A stretch of 64,000 nucleotides of DNA from Lingula anatina. Lineage: Eukaryota; Animalia; Brachiopoda. The number at the start of each line of letters is the position of its first letter. The stretch's first letter is position 1. The notes beneath the pieces were generated by a model. It saw only the letters and a list, made by a program, of their open reading frames with translations. It was not told where the DNA came from and searched no databases. Made by a program: the position numbers and the translations under genes. Positions 1 to 11,350 of the stretch are shown piece after piece. Location of the stretch: contig CM120642.1 of the NCBI GenBank assembly GCA_051362555.1, forward strand, positions 19,282,001-19,346,000. Direction: 5' to 3'.

Positions 1-522
1 ACTGAGCCCCTGTGGCAATAATTGGAATGTGCATTGCAGAGGAGAACCAATTCCGAAATAATCTGGACCAACTCCGCCACGCTCTTTAGGATGGATGGGA
101 CAATATCCCACAAAACAGAATTTTTACCCTTGTTGAAGGCTTGTCGCGCCATCTACATGAGATAATTGCAGTACACGGTAAACGCACACGCTATTAGGCA
201 CGTGACCTTTAACGAGCAGATCCAAATGCTAATTATGTGTAAATTTGGTGACATTTGATGGCGTCTTTTCAATTTAATAGACAATTCTTTACATCTGTGG
301 AAATCACAGTGAAACATTTGAGGGGGTACCTGTTATAAATTTGACTAAATGGTATAAAATGTGCATTTTCACACCACTATTTTGTGTTTTTTGAACCATT
401 AATCATGTTAGACATGGTATCTAGAATAAAAAGCACTGTTTATTACAATATACCTCTGTGAGGTTAACATTAAATAAAAGCACGTGGAAATGGGGGTGGG
501 ACAACCTTTTTGACCAATGTTG
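1..522 (+). mobile_element. Right arm of the same Tc1-derived family (cut by the window start)
   Basis: Aligns with ~17140-17659 and ends GACCAATGTTG followed by TA. Confidence 0.85.
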
Positions 523-1737
523 TATAGTGAGCGAAACATTACAGAACAGCAGGTTTAAACTACAGCATGATGGCCAATATGTCGCCGGAAGTAAACCAAC
601 GAAGGAGTTTGCACAGCCTGTAAATACTGTAAAACTACTTGATGATGTTTGCGGCATATATGCAAGGTAAAACACGCGTTACACTACTTACTCCGTAATT
701 TTGTCTGCTGGGACCATCAAATGTGGATTTATAGCCATTTACATTGCCGTTGCACATAACAGATCCCTTCACCGTGACGAGATATGGATTGTCACCAAAC
801 AAATGCAATGGACATTATAATCACTTCTATCTTTCTCACATGATGATTCGCAGAGTTGAGGTTAAGTTTTAGTTCTAAACTATGCAAAATGTCATTGGTG
901 AAATAAATAAGCCTCTACTTTTTTCAGGACCCTAGCCAGGGGGGTCAGAAGAACGATGTTCAACTACCTTTGTGACACGATTTATCATATGTATAATCCG
1001 ATTCATTGAGATATGAATGCGAAATAATTCTTTTTTGAAAATTTTCCTCGTAATTTGCTAAAAATGCTCAATATCCCCTGGCGCCATGCAGTTTCATAAG
1101 AAACAAGCAGTCCTGTATACAGGGGAAGGGGGGGGGGGGTAAGAGAGGGCTTGAAAGAATCGCCATTTTGTACCGAAAAGCATTATTCTTATCAAATTTT
1201 GATTACAAAATTTCAAAGTGGATCAAATGAGGGGGTAAAAAGTCAATTTTCATTAAAAAAAATAATAACAGGCCTGATGAAGGATCACAAAACACAGCAG
1301 TTTTCGTCAATTAACATAGAAATATATTATATTTATATTTTGAATGTAAGGCCTGTCAGAACACAATTATATACTGTACTTAGAAGCCTATTGATGATGA
1401 GTTATCAAAGAACACCTGAAGTGATGTTTCGGATATAACGTAGACATAAACGGATAATTTTATGGCACTATTGTATGGATAGACAGTAACGTTAACGTTA
1501 TAAACCGAATCGAATGTGAGAAATACTTCGTTCTACTTTACTTTAACAGTGCCTTCAGTGTCACTGAGGGAATATTTTTGTCGGGGATAAGGTGGAGGCA
1601 AAAGATGGTGCAAAATAAGTTAATCTGATTTTAGATGTAACATCATGTTGCGGTATTTTATACATTCTAGAACCTTGCACTTCTTGGTTGAGTGAACTCT
1701 TGTTCATGATGTGTAAAAATACTGACAAAGAAATATA

Positions 1738-2031
1738 CAACATTGGTCAAAAAGGTTGTCCCACCCCCATTTCCGTGTACTTTTATTTACAAATGATCTC
1801 CTCACAGCTGTAAATTGTTAGAAATAGTGCTTTTTATTACAGACACCGTGTCTAACATGATAAATGGTTAAAACTAGTGGTGAAAATATACACATTTTAT
1901 ACCATTTAGTAAAATTTATAAGAGGTACCCCCTCAAATCCACTGTTTCACTGTGACTTCTACAGATGTAAAGAAGTGTCTATAAAATTGAAAAGACGTCA
2001 TCAAATGTCACCAAATTCACACACAACTAGC
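1738..2031. mobile_element. Truncated arm of the same Tc1-derived family
   Basis: TA followed by CAACATTGGTCAAAAAGGTTGTCCCACCCCCATT; matches 15994-16300 and then stops. Confidence 0.8.
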
Positions 2032-2770
2032 TTTTAGGGGCTTTTGCTTATCTTATTGCATTAATTTTTTCTTTTTAGTCTTTTACACACATTTGTATAA
2101 CGTCTAACTTTGGTTGCTATTTTCAATATTTTCATAACTTTTCTTATTCATAATATTAACAATATTATGAATTAGATAATATTAACAATAATATTAATGA
2201 AAAATACCGGCAATAAGCGGAAAAAAATAATGAAAATAAAAATAACACGATAAACTTTAATTAATTAGGCGAACACCATTATGATATAATATTTGAAAAA
2301 AATCTAGCGTTGTGGAAAGCCTTAACATATGTTCTTCATAAAGTTATGGAAAAGTCTACAATTTTACGAATTTTACGGTTAACGACAGGTAATTTCAAAA
2401 TTTTGGAGCATACTGGTATATGTATCTCGAATGCACGCCCCTATGCATGTTCATAAGCATTATGATCGGCAGTTAAATACTTTAAAATGGGACAGAAAAT
2501 AGACGTATGTCGCACAGCTATCAAAGGTGTAAATGTCTACATCATGCCAGTGATACAAAAAAGGCATAGATTTCCCAAGAGCCTAAAGATGAAACATAGT
2601 GCTTGACATTAAATAGTCTGCCTTACCTCGTGCTGAGAAGGACAGTGTGTGCATTTTACATCTATATAGCTATAGTGTGCCCAATGCAAAAAACATCAGT
2701 GGAGACATCAACAGTCCACACACTCCCACAGACAAAAGCTGCCCACTGCTGGATTTTGTACGGTCGGTTA
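2031..2770 (-). pseudogene. 3'-end remnant of a further paralog (GPI-signal coding tail plus 3' UTR)
   Basis: 2670-2770 on the minus strand reads TDRTKSSSGQLLSVGVCGLLMSPLMFFALGTL*, homologous to the C-terminus of copies 1-3. 2031-2660 aligns with the downstream flanks at ~5890-6290 and ~28830-29150. No upstream coding sequence remains. Confidence 0.7.
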
Positions 2771-5700
2771 AATTGTTTTAGTACTTCAAAATAAAACTGA
2801 GACCCTATTGAAGAGAGCCAAGGTATCTAGCTATATAATAATTTATCGGTTCACATGTTATTTTCAGTGTACTGTGTGTGAAAAACACAAAATATATTTG
2901 AAAACGAGACGAGGTTCCAGGACCGTCTACAAAATCTAGGGAAAGAAAACAGAAATTAAACACACCGAAATCCGTAAAAAAGAGTTTCACGATAAAGAAA
3001 CTATGAATTCAACGGACAAAGATTTTCTATCGGAGAGGATAATGCATGAAATCGAACTAATCTGATCAGCGATTGTCGACATCTGGCTGTTTTTTTTTTA
3101 TTTGTCCTCGTAATTTGGTAAAAATGCTCAATGTCTCGGGATTAAGTCACTTTTCGCATTTCACATGAAGGGCGTCTTGCCATGCGTGCAACACCTTAGG
3201 GTTTGTGTTTTCATAAAGTGGCTTCATTTCCTTTCAAATACTTTTGCGCTTTATTTTCCATCATTATAAATTGGTAATTAAATTATACATGCATGGGGCC
3301 TACATAATAGGTGGGACCGTTTTTGACCCCATTAAATTTGAAATATGTTTTTATGTGTGAGCACGTGTTTGTTCAAAATACATTCACTTACATTTACTAA
3401 CTTTTGTGGCAACAACTCCGCCTTTCATATTCTACTAAATAAGTGAATGTTATACGTTTAATTTCATACGAGTGTCCATATCTTGTTCATTGATGCTTCA
3501 TGTAAATCTTCAAAACAAAACAAAACAAAAAAATAATAATAATAATTCAAGTTGCATTTGAACATGCCTTAAGCATTAAATTGGAGATTACCAGACTACC
3601 GGTATCTGTTACCTTTTTATACGGTTTTACATCAAATCTTTAACGCGTGCTTTCACCATGGTTGTACTTGCTTAACCAATTTGATAACGATTAGCAGCAG
3701 GAGCAGCAGGTCCGCTTGGTATTTGCTGCAAGTACAAGAAACAGGTAAAACATCCCAAAGCATGTTACGGAACTACTTATATATATACACTGGTAATAAA
3801 AGTTTTGAATGACGAGGGAAGTTATGTTGGTCAGTTATCTTCCGCAAATTGGTTTGTTTACATGTAAATTAAATATTTTGTTAAAGTTAAGAAACGGTTT
3901 ATCACTATTGAAAATTCGCTGTGATCATTGTTTTTATTTTGTCACACAATCCTGGATTTTGAAAAAGACAAAGATGCATAATGAACAAACTGTAAGACCT
4001 CCATTTTTGTTTATACATTGGATGAATGATACATTATAAAATACAAATGCAAAATCACGAAAAGATCGAAACTAAATCGTAAGAGTTTTCATTTGAATGG
4101 TTAAAACTGCATTATTACCACAAAGTTTACACAAACACTATTTCCTTTCAAATTTCATGCTTTAGAATACTATGTTTTTCAGTATATGATAAAGGGTGTC
4201 AGACAGAGAGTAATTTATAAATACATGTATATGCCTAAGTCACAGGTGGGGTCGTTTTGACGTCGTCACTAAAAAGGATTGGGTATCGAGTGAGGAAGCA
4301 GACTCTTTTTGGGGGGTAGCAATTTAGATAAATCTCAGCGCTTCTGCTATATTTTATGGGCACGTTTGGTCCAATGAAACCATCTGTGTGTACTTGGTGC
4401 ACATATTATTTCAAGTGCAGTATGTGTTCAAAAGAATAATGCTAGAATTATCTATTTTGCTGAACTAACTTCCAGCTGGGGAGTTCAATCCCCTTGTGCC
4501 ATGCAGTTTCATAAGAAATAAACAGGTCCGTAGGCAGGGGGAAGAGGGGAGTTAAGGGCTTGAGAGAATCCCCCTTTTGAAATAAAAAGCATTATCCTGA
4601 TCACAATTTTGATTTTAAAAAATTCAAAGTGGATCAAATGAGGGGGTAAAAAGGTACCTTTTTGGATTACAATAATAATAATGATAATAATTATAATAAC
4701 ACGCCTGATAAAATGTATGTTGTAAAGTTATGAAGTGTTGGTATCGGATAGGCGCGCAGGAAGCATATTTAAATGAGGGGTGAAGCAAACAGGAAAAATT
4801 AGCGACGAGGGTTGGTGGAGGGAGAGGAGGATATTGGCAAAAAGCTGTAACATATCATTGACTAACAGAAGTATAATATGGTAAAAAAAAAAAAAATAAT
4901 AATAATTAGCCAGGGTCCTCTAGCCGCCGATGTGCTTGGAAAAGGAGGAGACCTAATACGCACATTTTGCCTTACAACAAAATTTTGAAAATAAGTCAGA
5001 GGTCCGAATACATACAGTTGTACTTTATTAACTTGAAATTAATTATATAATAACATGGTCGTCATTATAAAAGTAACGAGTAGGAATTACATTATACTGT
5101 ACGTTTTAAATCAAAAGCATTCGCATTATTTTAATTTCACTATTATCATAGCTTTCAGAACAAAACAGTTTCAACACCGTGGCGCTCAGTTGAAAAACCA
5201 TGGACACTTCCAAGTGAAATTAATCTGTTCTTCTAAATCTGAGAGTCTTAAGATTTCAAGATGGCCATGTCCATATAGCAGAGTAAAATATTCACATTTT
5301 GGTCTGACAGCAAAATAAGTCCCATTCGGTAGACTTCATACGTGTATATTCATTGAATCGTAAGCTACTGATACTCAAGGCAATCGGTGTGCTGAATATG
5401 TTTTTAAAATTGTTTTTAATATATTTATTTGAGCCCTTTATTCAATTATACTGATTAAAACTAAAGTAATGCCTGTACAATCATTCAGTACAATAAGCAA
5501 AAACAACAACAATAATATTGCCACAAAAACTCAATCTGTGTCAAACGTTCATTCAGTTGATAATAAAGGAACTCTTGTCAGTGAAATGTCTTAATTCAAC
5601 CTTTTAGGTTCTTTTTTTCATTACTAACAACCTAAAATGTTCTGAACATGTTGAATACATTTATAAATTCATGAGCACAATTGCATTATCTACGTCAACT

Positions 5701-6358
5701 TAAATGGGCAAAACTATCCTCATCAGATCTTGTACAGGTGCACCAAAGTTCTTCTTTCTCTGTTTTTTAAGGTGTACAGGTATGAAAGGTTTTAAAAGAA
5801 GCTGTGGATGGCAAAAATAAGCATTTTTGGGATTTTCAAACCCATGGAGTGTTGTATAACACCCAACATTTACATTTCTTTTTCTTTAACCAGCTTTTAG
5901 AGCCTTTTTCTTATCTTATTGCATAAATCTTTTCTTATTAACACCATTATGATATAATATTTGAAAAAAAAACTATGATGGAAAAGTGTGTATTTTTATG
6001 CATTTTACGGTTAACGACAGGTCATTTCAAAGTTTTGGAGCATACTGGTACATGCATCTCAAATGGACGCCCCCTATAAGATGCATGTTCATAAGCATTA
6101 TTATCGGCAGTTAAATACTGTAAAATAGAACAGGCAATAGATGCATGTAGCACAGCTATCAAAGGTGTCAATATCTACATCATGCAAGTGATTCGAAAAA
6201 AGGCATAGATGTCCCAAGTGCCTTACGATAAAACATAGTACTTTACATTAAATTACATGCCTTAGCTCGTGCTGAGATAGCATGCAGTGTCTTAAAAAAT
6301 AAATGTTATGTGCTCAGTCATATTGACTTTTCTTTCATCTCCAAGCTGGATTTCACAA

Positions 6359-7278
6359 CTACATCATTAGTATCCAAAATGCAAAAAACATCATTGGAAA
6401 CACCAACAGTCCCCATACCCCAAAAGACAAAAGCTGCCCGCTGCTGGATGGTGTACGGTCGGTTACTTCAGGGAACAGCAATTCTGTCGGTGTCTTTCGA
6501 TTAGACTCGCGGTCAGTGTGCACTGCACAAGGTGAGATTTTCACGCGATCACGTACCTCTATCAGGAAATCTACACCTCTGTAACTGTAAGTCGGCATTC
6601 TCTCGGCAAACTTATCTTGCAATACTGACAAAAAAGGCAATCCATCTCTGTACGTTTTTACTGTTGCCCGCAACAACAATCCAAAGTCTCCTACAACATC
6701 ACCGTAGTCTCTCGTTTCAGGTTGTTCAAGGTTCGAGCTGTTCACTGCACGACATATGTGATGTATCACTTTCCTTCCCTGCCAGACGTCCCGAAATTCA
6801 TTGTCCATGTGTATCTTTTTAATTGAGAGACGTTTGCCAAAATCTTCGCAGGCGCTAATGGTCTTATTCATGTTAACGTTTAAGTTTTTGGGCGTCTTAA
6901 AAAGCAAGGTGAGTGTGTATGCCGCCTTGAACATGTGTGTGAACAGTGACGGGCACGGGTCCGACTCTTCCTCGCCTGGGCAGCGTTCCTGGATTAAAAA
7001 AAGAAAGCCAATTACAAGCTCTACTACCATGATCAGACAATGATTAACAATGTATAAACGCTTTTGGTATTTATTAATCGGCTAACAAATTAAGATTTCC
7101 TTAATTTTTTCACCAATATCAGAGAAACAGCACAAAGCGTTTGCATAGTTTTTTTCTCGGTTTCAGAAAGGTGCTACTTTGTATCAGTCAAACTTATTGG
7201 TTCATGTTAACGTCGTTGATGCAACCTGAGGAAATAGATCTTTCTGTTCTCTATTTCTCGAATTAAAGTTTCAATTTC

Positions 7279-7322
<44 letters not shown>

Positions 7323-9686
7323 AGTCTTGCGACCGGCCATATTATAAAAAAACTCTTTTTTTTGCATTCATGCTGTTTTTACATGATCTAAATCGCCTTC
7401 GCTGTTTGACCAAAAACACCATGAAATTAAGTTGCTATGCAAAAGCAAATACATCCTGTTTTCCGATTTACGGATATTTGGTGTTTGTTAAACAATTTCA
7501 CTTGGTCTTGACTAATCAATAACAAAAGCTAACAATAGTATTGTAGCTAACAATAGCTAACAATAGCCTCTCCTTACCATAATAGTATGAGCCTTGTTTG
7601 CCGTACAGGAATCTGGTAGAGCGGGTGCAAATATATCCACTAAGGCACGAAATCCAAAAGGGCTGAAATTTCTAACCCCTTCCTCTGGAATAGCACACAT
7701 AAAAGCCAATGTAATTTTCGGGTAATCGTTTTCATCAAACGAAAATTAAGGTATACGCATATTACATAACATTAAGATCTTTTCATTTCCAGTATATCTT
7801 AACTGTTAGAAGGATATGAAATATATTTGCAAGTAAAACCCAGGCAGAGTGCTGTGCTCCGGTAAACCACGTCATCCTAAAAATAATATTCAAATCCCCA
7901 CTGTATACAGTGAGGGCTTTTACATGATCTTATTTTAAATAATATTACCATTATTAATGTTATTATTATTTACAGGCTCTTGGCGTAATCCAACCATGGG
8001 GTCCATTACATGTTATTATTTTTACGTAGACAATCGCCATTTTTGTCAACATAAGAAAAGCTTAGAAAATGATCGTTCATGTATGCGTAAAGGTAAATTA
8101 ATGTCATGGGGTTAACTTAATTGTAGCCAAACATGTATTCAAAGATGATATCGCTATTCGCGTGCGGCCGACAAATACAGTGCAGCAATCGACCCCCAAC
8201 CTCGGAGAACCGCCCTTAGGGCCAATGTAAATGCAATAACGACATACATTAATTAAAGATAGTAAAGCCGCTAATTACCTCAGACAAGGAGGTTATGTTT
8301 TCACCCTTGTTTGTTTGTCTGTCTGTCTTTCTGTTTGTCTGTCTGTCATGAACATGACTCAAAAAGTTATGGACCGATTTTGATGAAATTTTCAGGACCT
8401 GTCAGAAATGGGCCAAGAAACAGATGATCGGTTTTTGGTGGTGATCCGGATCAATAATTAACCAATAATCAATCAATAATCAATAATCAAAAAACTAAAT
8501 CATTATAGAATGAAAATTAAGGGGCATTGGGTGGAGACTTTGCTGCCTTGGCGGAGGTCTGCGCTCTCGGAGTGCTTTTCTAGTATTCGAGAATCTAATT
8601 ACCTTTATCCTGTGTGATCTCCTCTGGGCACTGAAAAATTGTTGGTTTATTCGTATATTGGCAAATCCAACAAAAGTGATTTTTGTAATACTCTATCTGC
8701 GTAAACCGACTACCGTACACCACCTCTTGCGTGATAGGCAAACTGTGACCCTTTTCGCAAAGGTTTCGATAAGGGTTTCCCTCCTGACAAAATATTTCGC
8801 TGTCAAGCCATGTATACCCTCTAGCGTGAGTGCCATCTTTGATGCACGGCCTACCGTCAATACCTTTCGGTTCTTCAAAATACAGCTGGCAATCGTGAGA
8901 GTCATGGACAAGATGGAAAATGTCAGATGTGTTTCTGCTGTCTGCAAAAAAGTCACTAGAACTCTCAGGACAAATGACGAACGCTGGCCATGTTCTGTAT
9001 GACGTCACACCATGACAAAAAGCACAGAATGAGTTCCTAAAGGTAAGTCCGGTAAAGGAATCTGAAACCGGTAAAACAGTCATTCCGTCTTCGTCTGTGG
9101 TGTTCGGTCTTTCACAGGCCGAGCGAATTATCACGTCCGACCAACCATTTGGACATGCGGAAACCATCCAGAAATGCCTGCGTTTTTGTCCCCAAGGACT
9201 AGCCGTGTCTTTTGTCATCTGCGATGCACAGGTGACGTCATCAGGGTCTAAAGTTATTGTATTCGCTGACGTTGATGAAAATTTGGAATCCAACTGATGT
9301 GTATGGCTGCAGGTAATGTTTACGGCGGAACAACAGTCACCAAAGATGTTGCAATACTCATCACAGTAACATGCTATATTAACAACAGACTTCAGACTGT
9401 TCCCATCGTAGATACAAAATTTTTCACCTGCAGTCACCTGACTCCAATAATTCGGTGCCGTGGCAGTCGCATTTTCGAGAGGAACGGTGCTAGTTTCAGG
9501 TCTTTGGTTGGAGACCGTGGAGATATTGCTCAAATTGGCTTCACGTGTCAAAATAGCTCTGGTAGTTGCCGGCCGTCCTGGGTCACTGCACGGACTGTCG
9601 AAACACCTACTGCCTTCTTGCTGACAAATCACAGAGGCCAGGAAAAGTGAGTGCATCACTATTGCTATTGCCGCCCCCTTTAACAT
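6359..9686 (-). CDS. Cys-rich cell-surface protein, copy 1 (signal peptide, SMB-like motif, GPCR-ectodomain-like Cys repeats, putative GPI anchor); join(9686..8603, 7684..7578, 6988..6359), 606 aa
   Basis: Exons of 1084, 107 and 630 nt with canonical AG/GT sites and matching phases (1/1, 0/0) give 607 codons including the stop. It starts MLKGAAIAIVMHSLFLASVIC (signal-like) and contains CYCDEYCNIFGDCC, LPVSDSFTGLTFRNSFCAFCH and YYKNHFCWICQ. The middle exon reads EEGVRNFSPFGFRALVDIFAPALPDSCTANKAHTIM, and the protein ends SSSGQLLSFGVWGLLVFPMMFFAFWILMM*. All splice sites are conserved in the three copies. Confidence 0.85.
7281..7319. repeat. (CA)n microsatellite in the last intron (paralogs ~30111-30151, ~57907-57946)
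   Basis: Read directly from the sequence. Confidence 0.95.
8275..8584 (+). mobile_element. Helentron-associated (HINE/DINE-like) short element in an intron of copy 1
   Basis: 5' TTACCTC(AGA)CAAGGAGG, then a (GTTT/GTCT)n microsatellite, then the inverted subterminal motif CCTTGGCGGAGGT, a short 3' hairpin-like segment and CTAGT. Absent from copies 2 and 3 (GCCGCTTATATTCGAG). Confidence 0.75.
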
Positions 9687-9968
9687 TGCGTACTTGCTTG
9701 TAGCGCTGACCTTTATTGAGAAAAGAAAATACACAGCAATATGAAATACATTAGTAAAAATACACATACATGTAGTATTTACTTACGTATAGCTGACGTG
9801 AAGTACTCCTTAACGTTACTCACCTCTATTAATAAATTTCACGCCTGGGTTTATTCTTTCCTGTGTTAGCTGCCACTATAAGTGAGTATTTTAGAATGTA
9901 TATCTTAAAATGGTGATAGAACAATTCACTAGTTTACTTTAAACACCAAACATCTAAAACAAATATCA

Positions 9969-10180
9969 TTACCTCCGCCAAGGAGGTTATGTTTTCACCC
10001 CTGTTTGTTTGTTTGTTTATTTGTCTGTCATCAACATAACTCAAAAAGTTTTAATGAAATTTTCCGGAAGTGTCAGAAGTGGGCCAAGGGACAGATGATT
10101 AGTTTTTGGAGGTGAACCGGATCAATAATCAACCAATAATGAACAATTTATTTGTTTGTTTGTTTGTATGTTTGTCTGGC
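9969..10180 (+). mobile_element. 3'-truncated copy of the same HINE-like family (paralog at 32519-32730)
   Basis: TTACCTCCGCCAAGGAGGTTATGTTTTCACCCCTGTTTGTTTG...; absent upstream of copy 3 (~60320). Confidence 0.7.
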
Positions 10181-10439
10181 AGGTAATACGTGTGTAACCT
10201 TCAACATGTTTAGAAAACCCATGGGAATTGATAACTTTTAACTACGTATATGCCACATATATTGCCCATAAGGCTTGGCGAGGCAGACAACTTCTGGTCA
10301 AAAATGACATAATTTCATGAAATTTGAACATCTGGAACTTCTGAGCACCTCCCATTTCAAGAATTTCAACCAAAATGACCTTTTCTTTATTTTAATAACT
10401 TTTTCTGTAAAAACTTTATGGCACATTATTGTAACTCCA

Positions 10440-11350
10440 AAATTGTAACATTTAGTCCCTTATATCTCCAAAACTGGCAGAGATAGGTCCATAGTTACTA
10501 TTAAAGTTGAAACGGAAGTCACATACTGGCAATTTAACTGTGACCTTGAAATTGACCGTTGACCTTCTTTTCACCATGAACTGAACTTTGCAACATTTAA
10601 GTCCCTTATATCTCCAAAACTGGCAAAGAAATGCCCATAGTTACTATTGAACTTGAATAGGAAGTCATATACTGGCATTCTAACTGTGACCTTAAAATTG
10701 ACCTTTGATCTTCTTTTCACCATTAACTGAACTTTGCAAATGTCCGTTCCCTTTTATCTCCAAAACTGGCAGAAATAGGTCCATAGTTGCCATTGAACTT
10801 GAATAAAAAGTCATATACTGGCAATCTAAGTTTGACCTTGAATTTGATCTTTGACCTACTTTCATCATGAATTGAATTTTGCAAATTTTGGTTCCCTTTT
10901 ATCTCCAAATCTGGCAGAGATAGGTCCATAGTTACTACTGAACTTGAATAGGAAATCATATACTGGCAATATACTGTGACCATAAAATTGACCTTTGACC
11001 TATTTTTTACCATCAACTGAACTTTGCAAATTTTCGTTCCCTTTTATCTCTTAAACTGGTAGAGATAGGTCCATAGTTACTATTGAACTTGAATAGGAAG
11101 TAATACACTGGCAATCTAACTGTGACCTCGAAATTGACCTTTGACCTACTTTTTATGATGAACTGCTTTTTGCATGTTTTCTGGCCTTTAAATCTGCAAA
11201 ATTGACAAAGAAATGCCCATGGTTATTATTGAACTTGAATAGAAATTCATATACTATGATATTGAAATTGACCTTTGACCTACTTTTTCACCATGAACTG
11301 AGCTTTGTATATTTTCTTGCCCCTCATATCTTCAAAACTGGCAGAGATAT
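10440..11350. repeat. Tandem array, ~145-146-bp unit, ~6 copies (paralog ~34010-35395)
   Basis: TCTCCAAAACTGGCAGAGATAGGTCCATAG-like motif recurs at 10465, 10611, 10757, 10902, 11047, ~11193 and ~11328. Confidence 0.9.

Noticed and set aside
2770-2940. Acceptor-like site at ~2937 (minus strand) making the remnant tail an alternative last exon
   Set aside because: The frames I translated from this acceptor hit stop codons before reaching the tail-coding segment.
6532-9650. Plus-strand ORFs overlapping the exons
   Set aside because: Antisense shadows of the real coding exons with no independent protein features.
8595-9767. 390-aa ORF as a complete single-exon gene (likewise 6359..7030, 29155..29805, 56969..57619, 58915..60054)
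   Set aside because: The ORF ends run into intronic sequence; conserved acceptors and donors define internal exons of one spliced gene.
10440-11350. Regularly spaced repeats as a CRISPR array
   Set aside because: Whole ~145-bp units are homologous with no unique spacers, there are no cas genes, and the context is eukaryotic.
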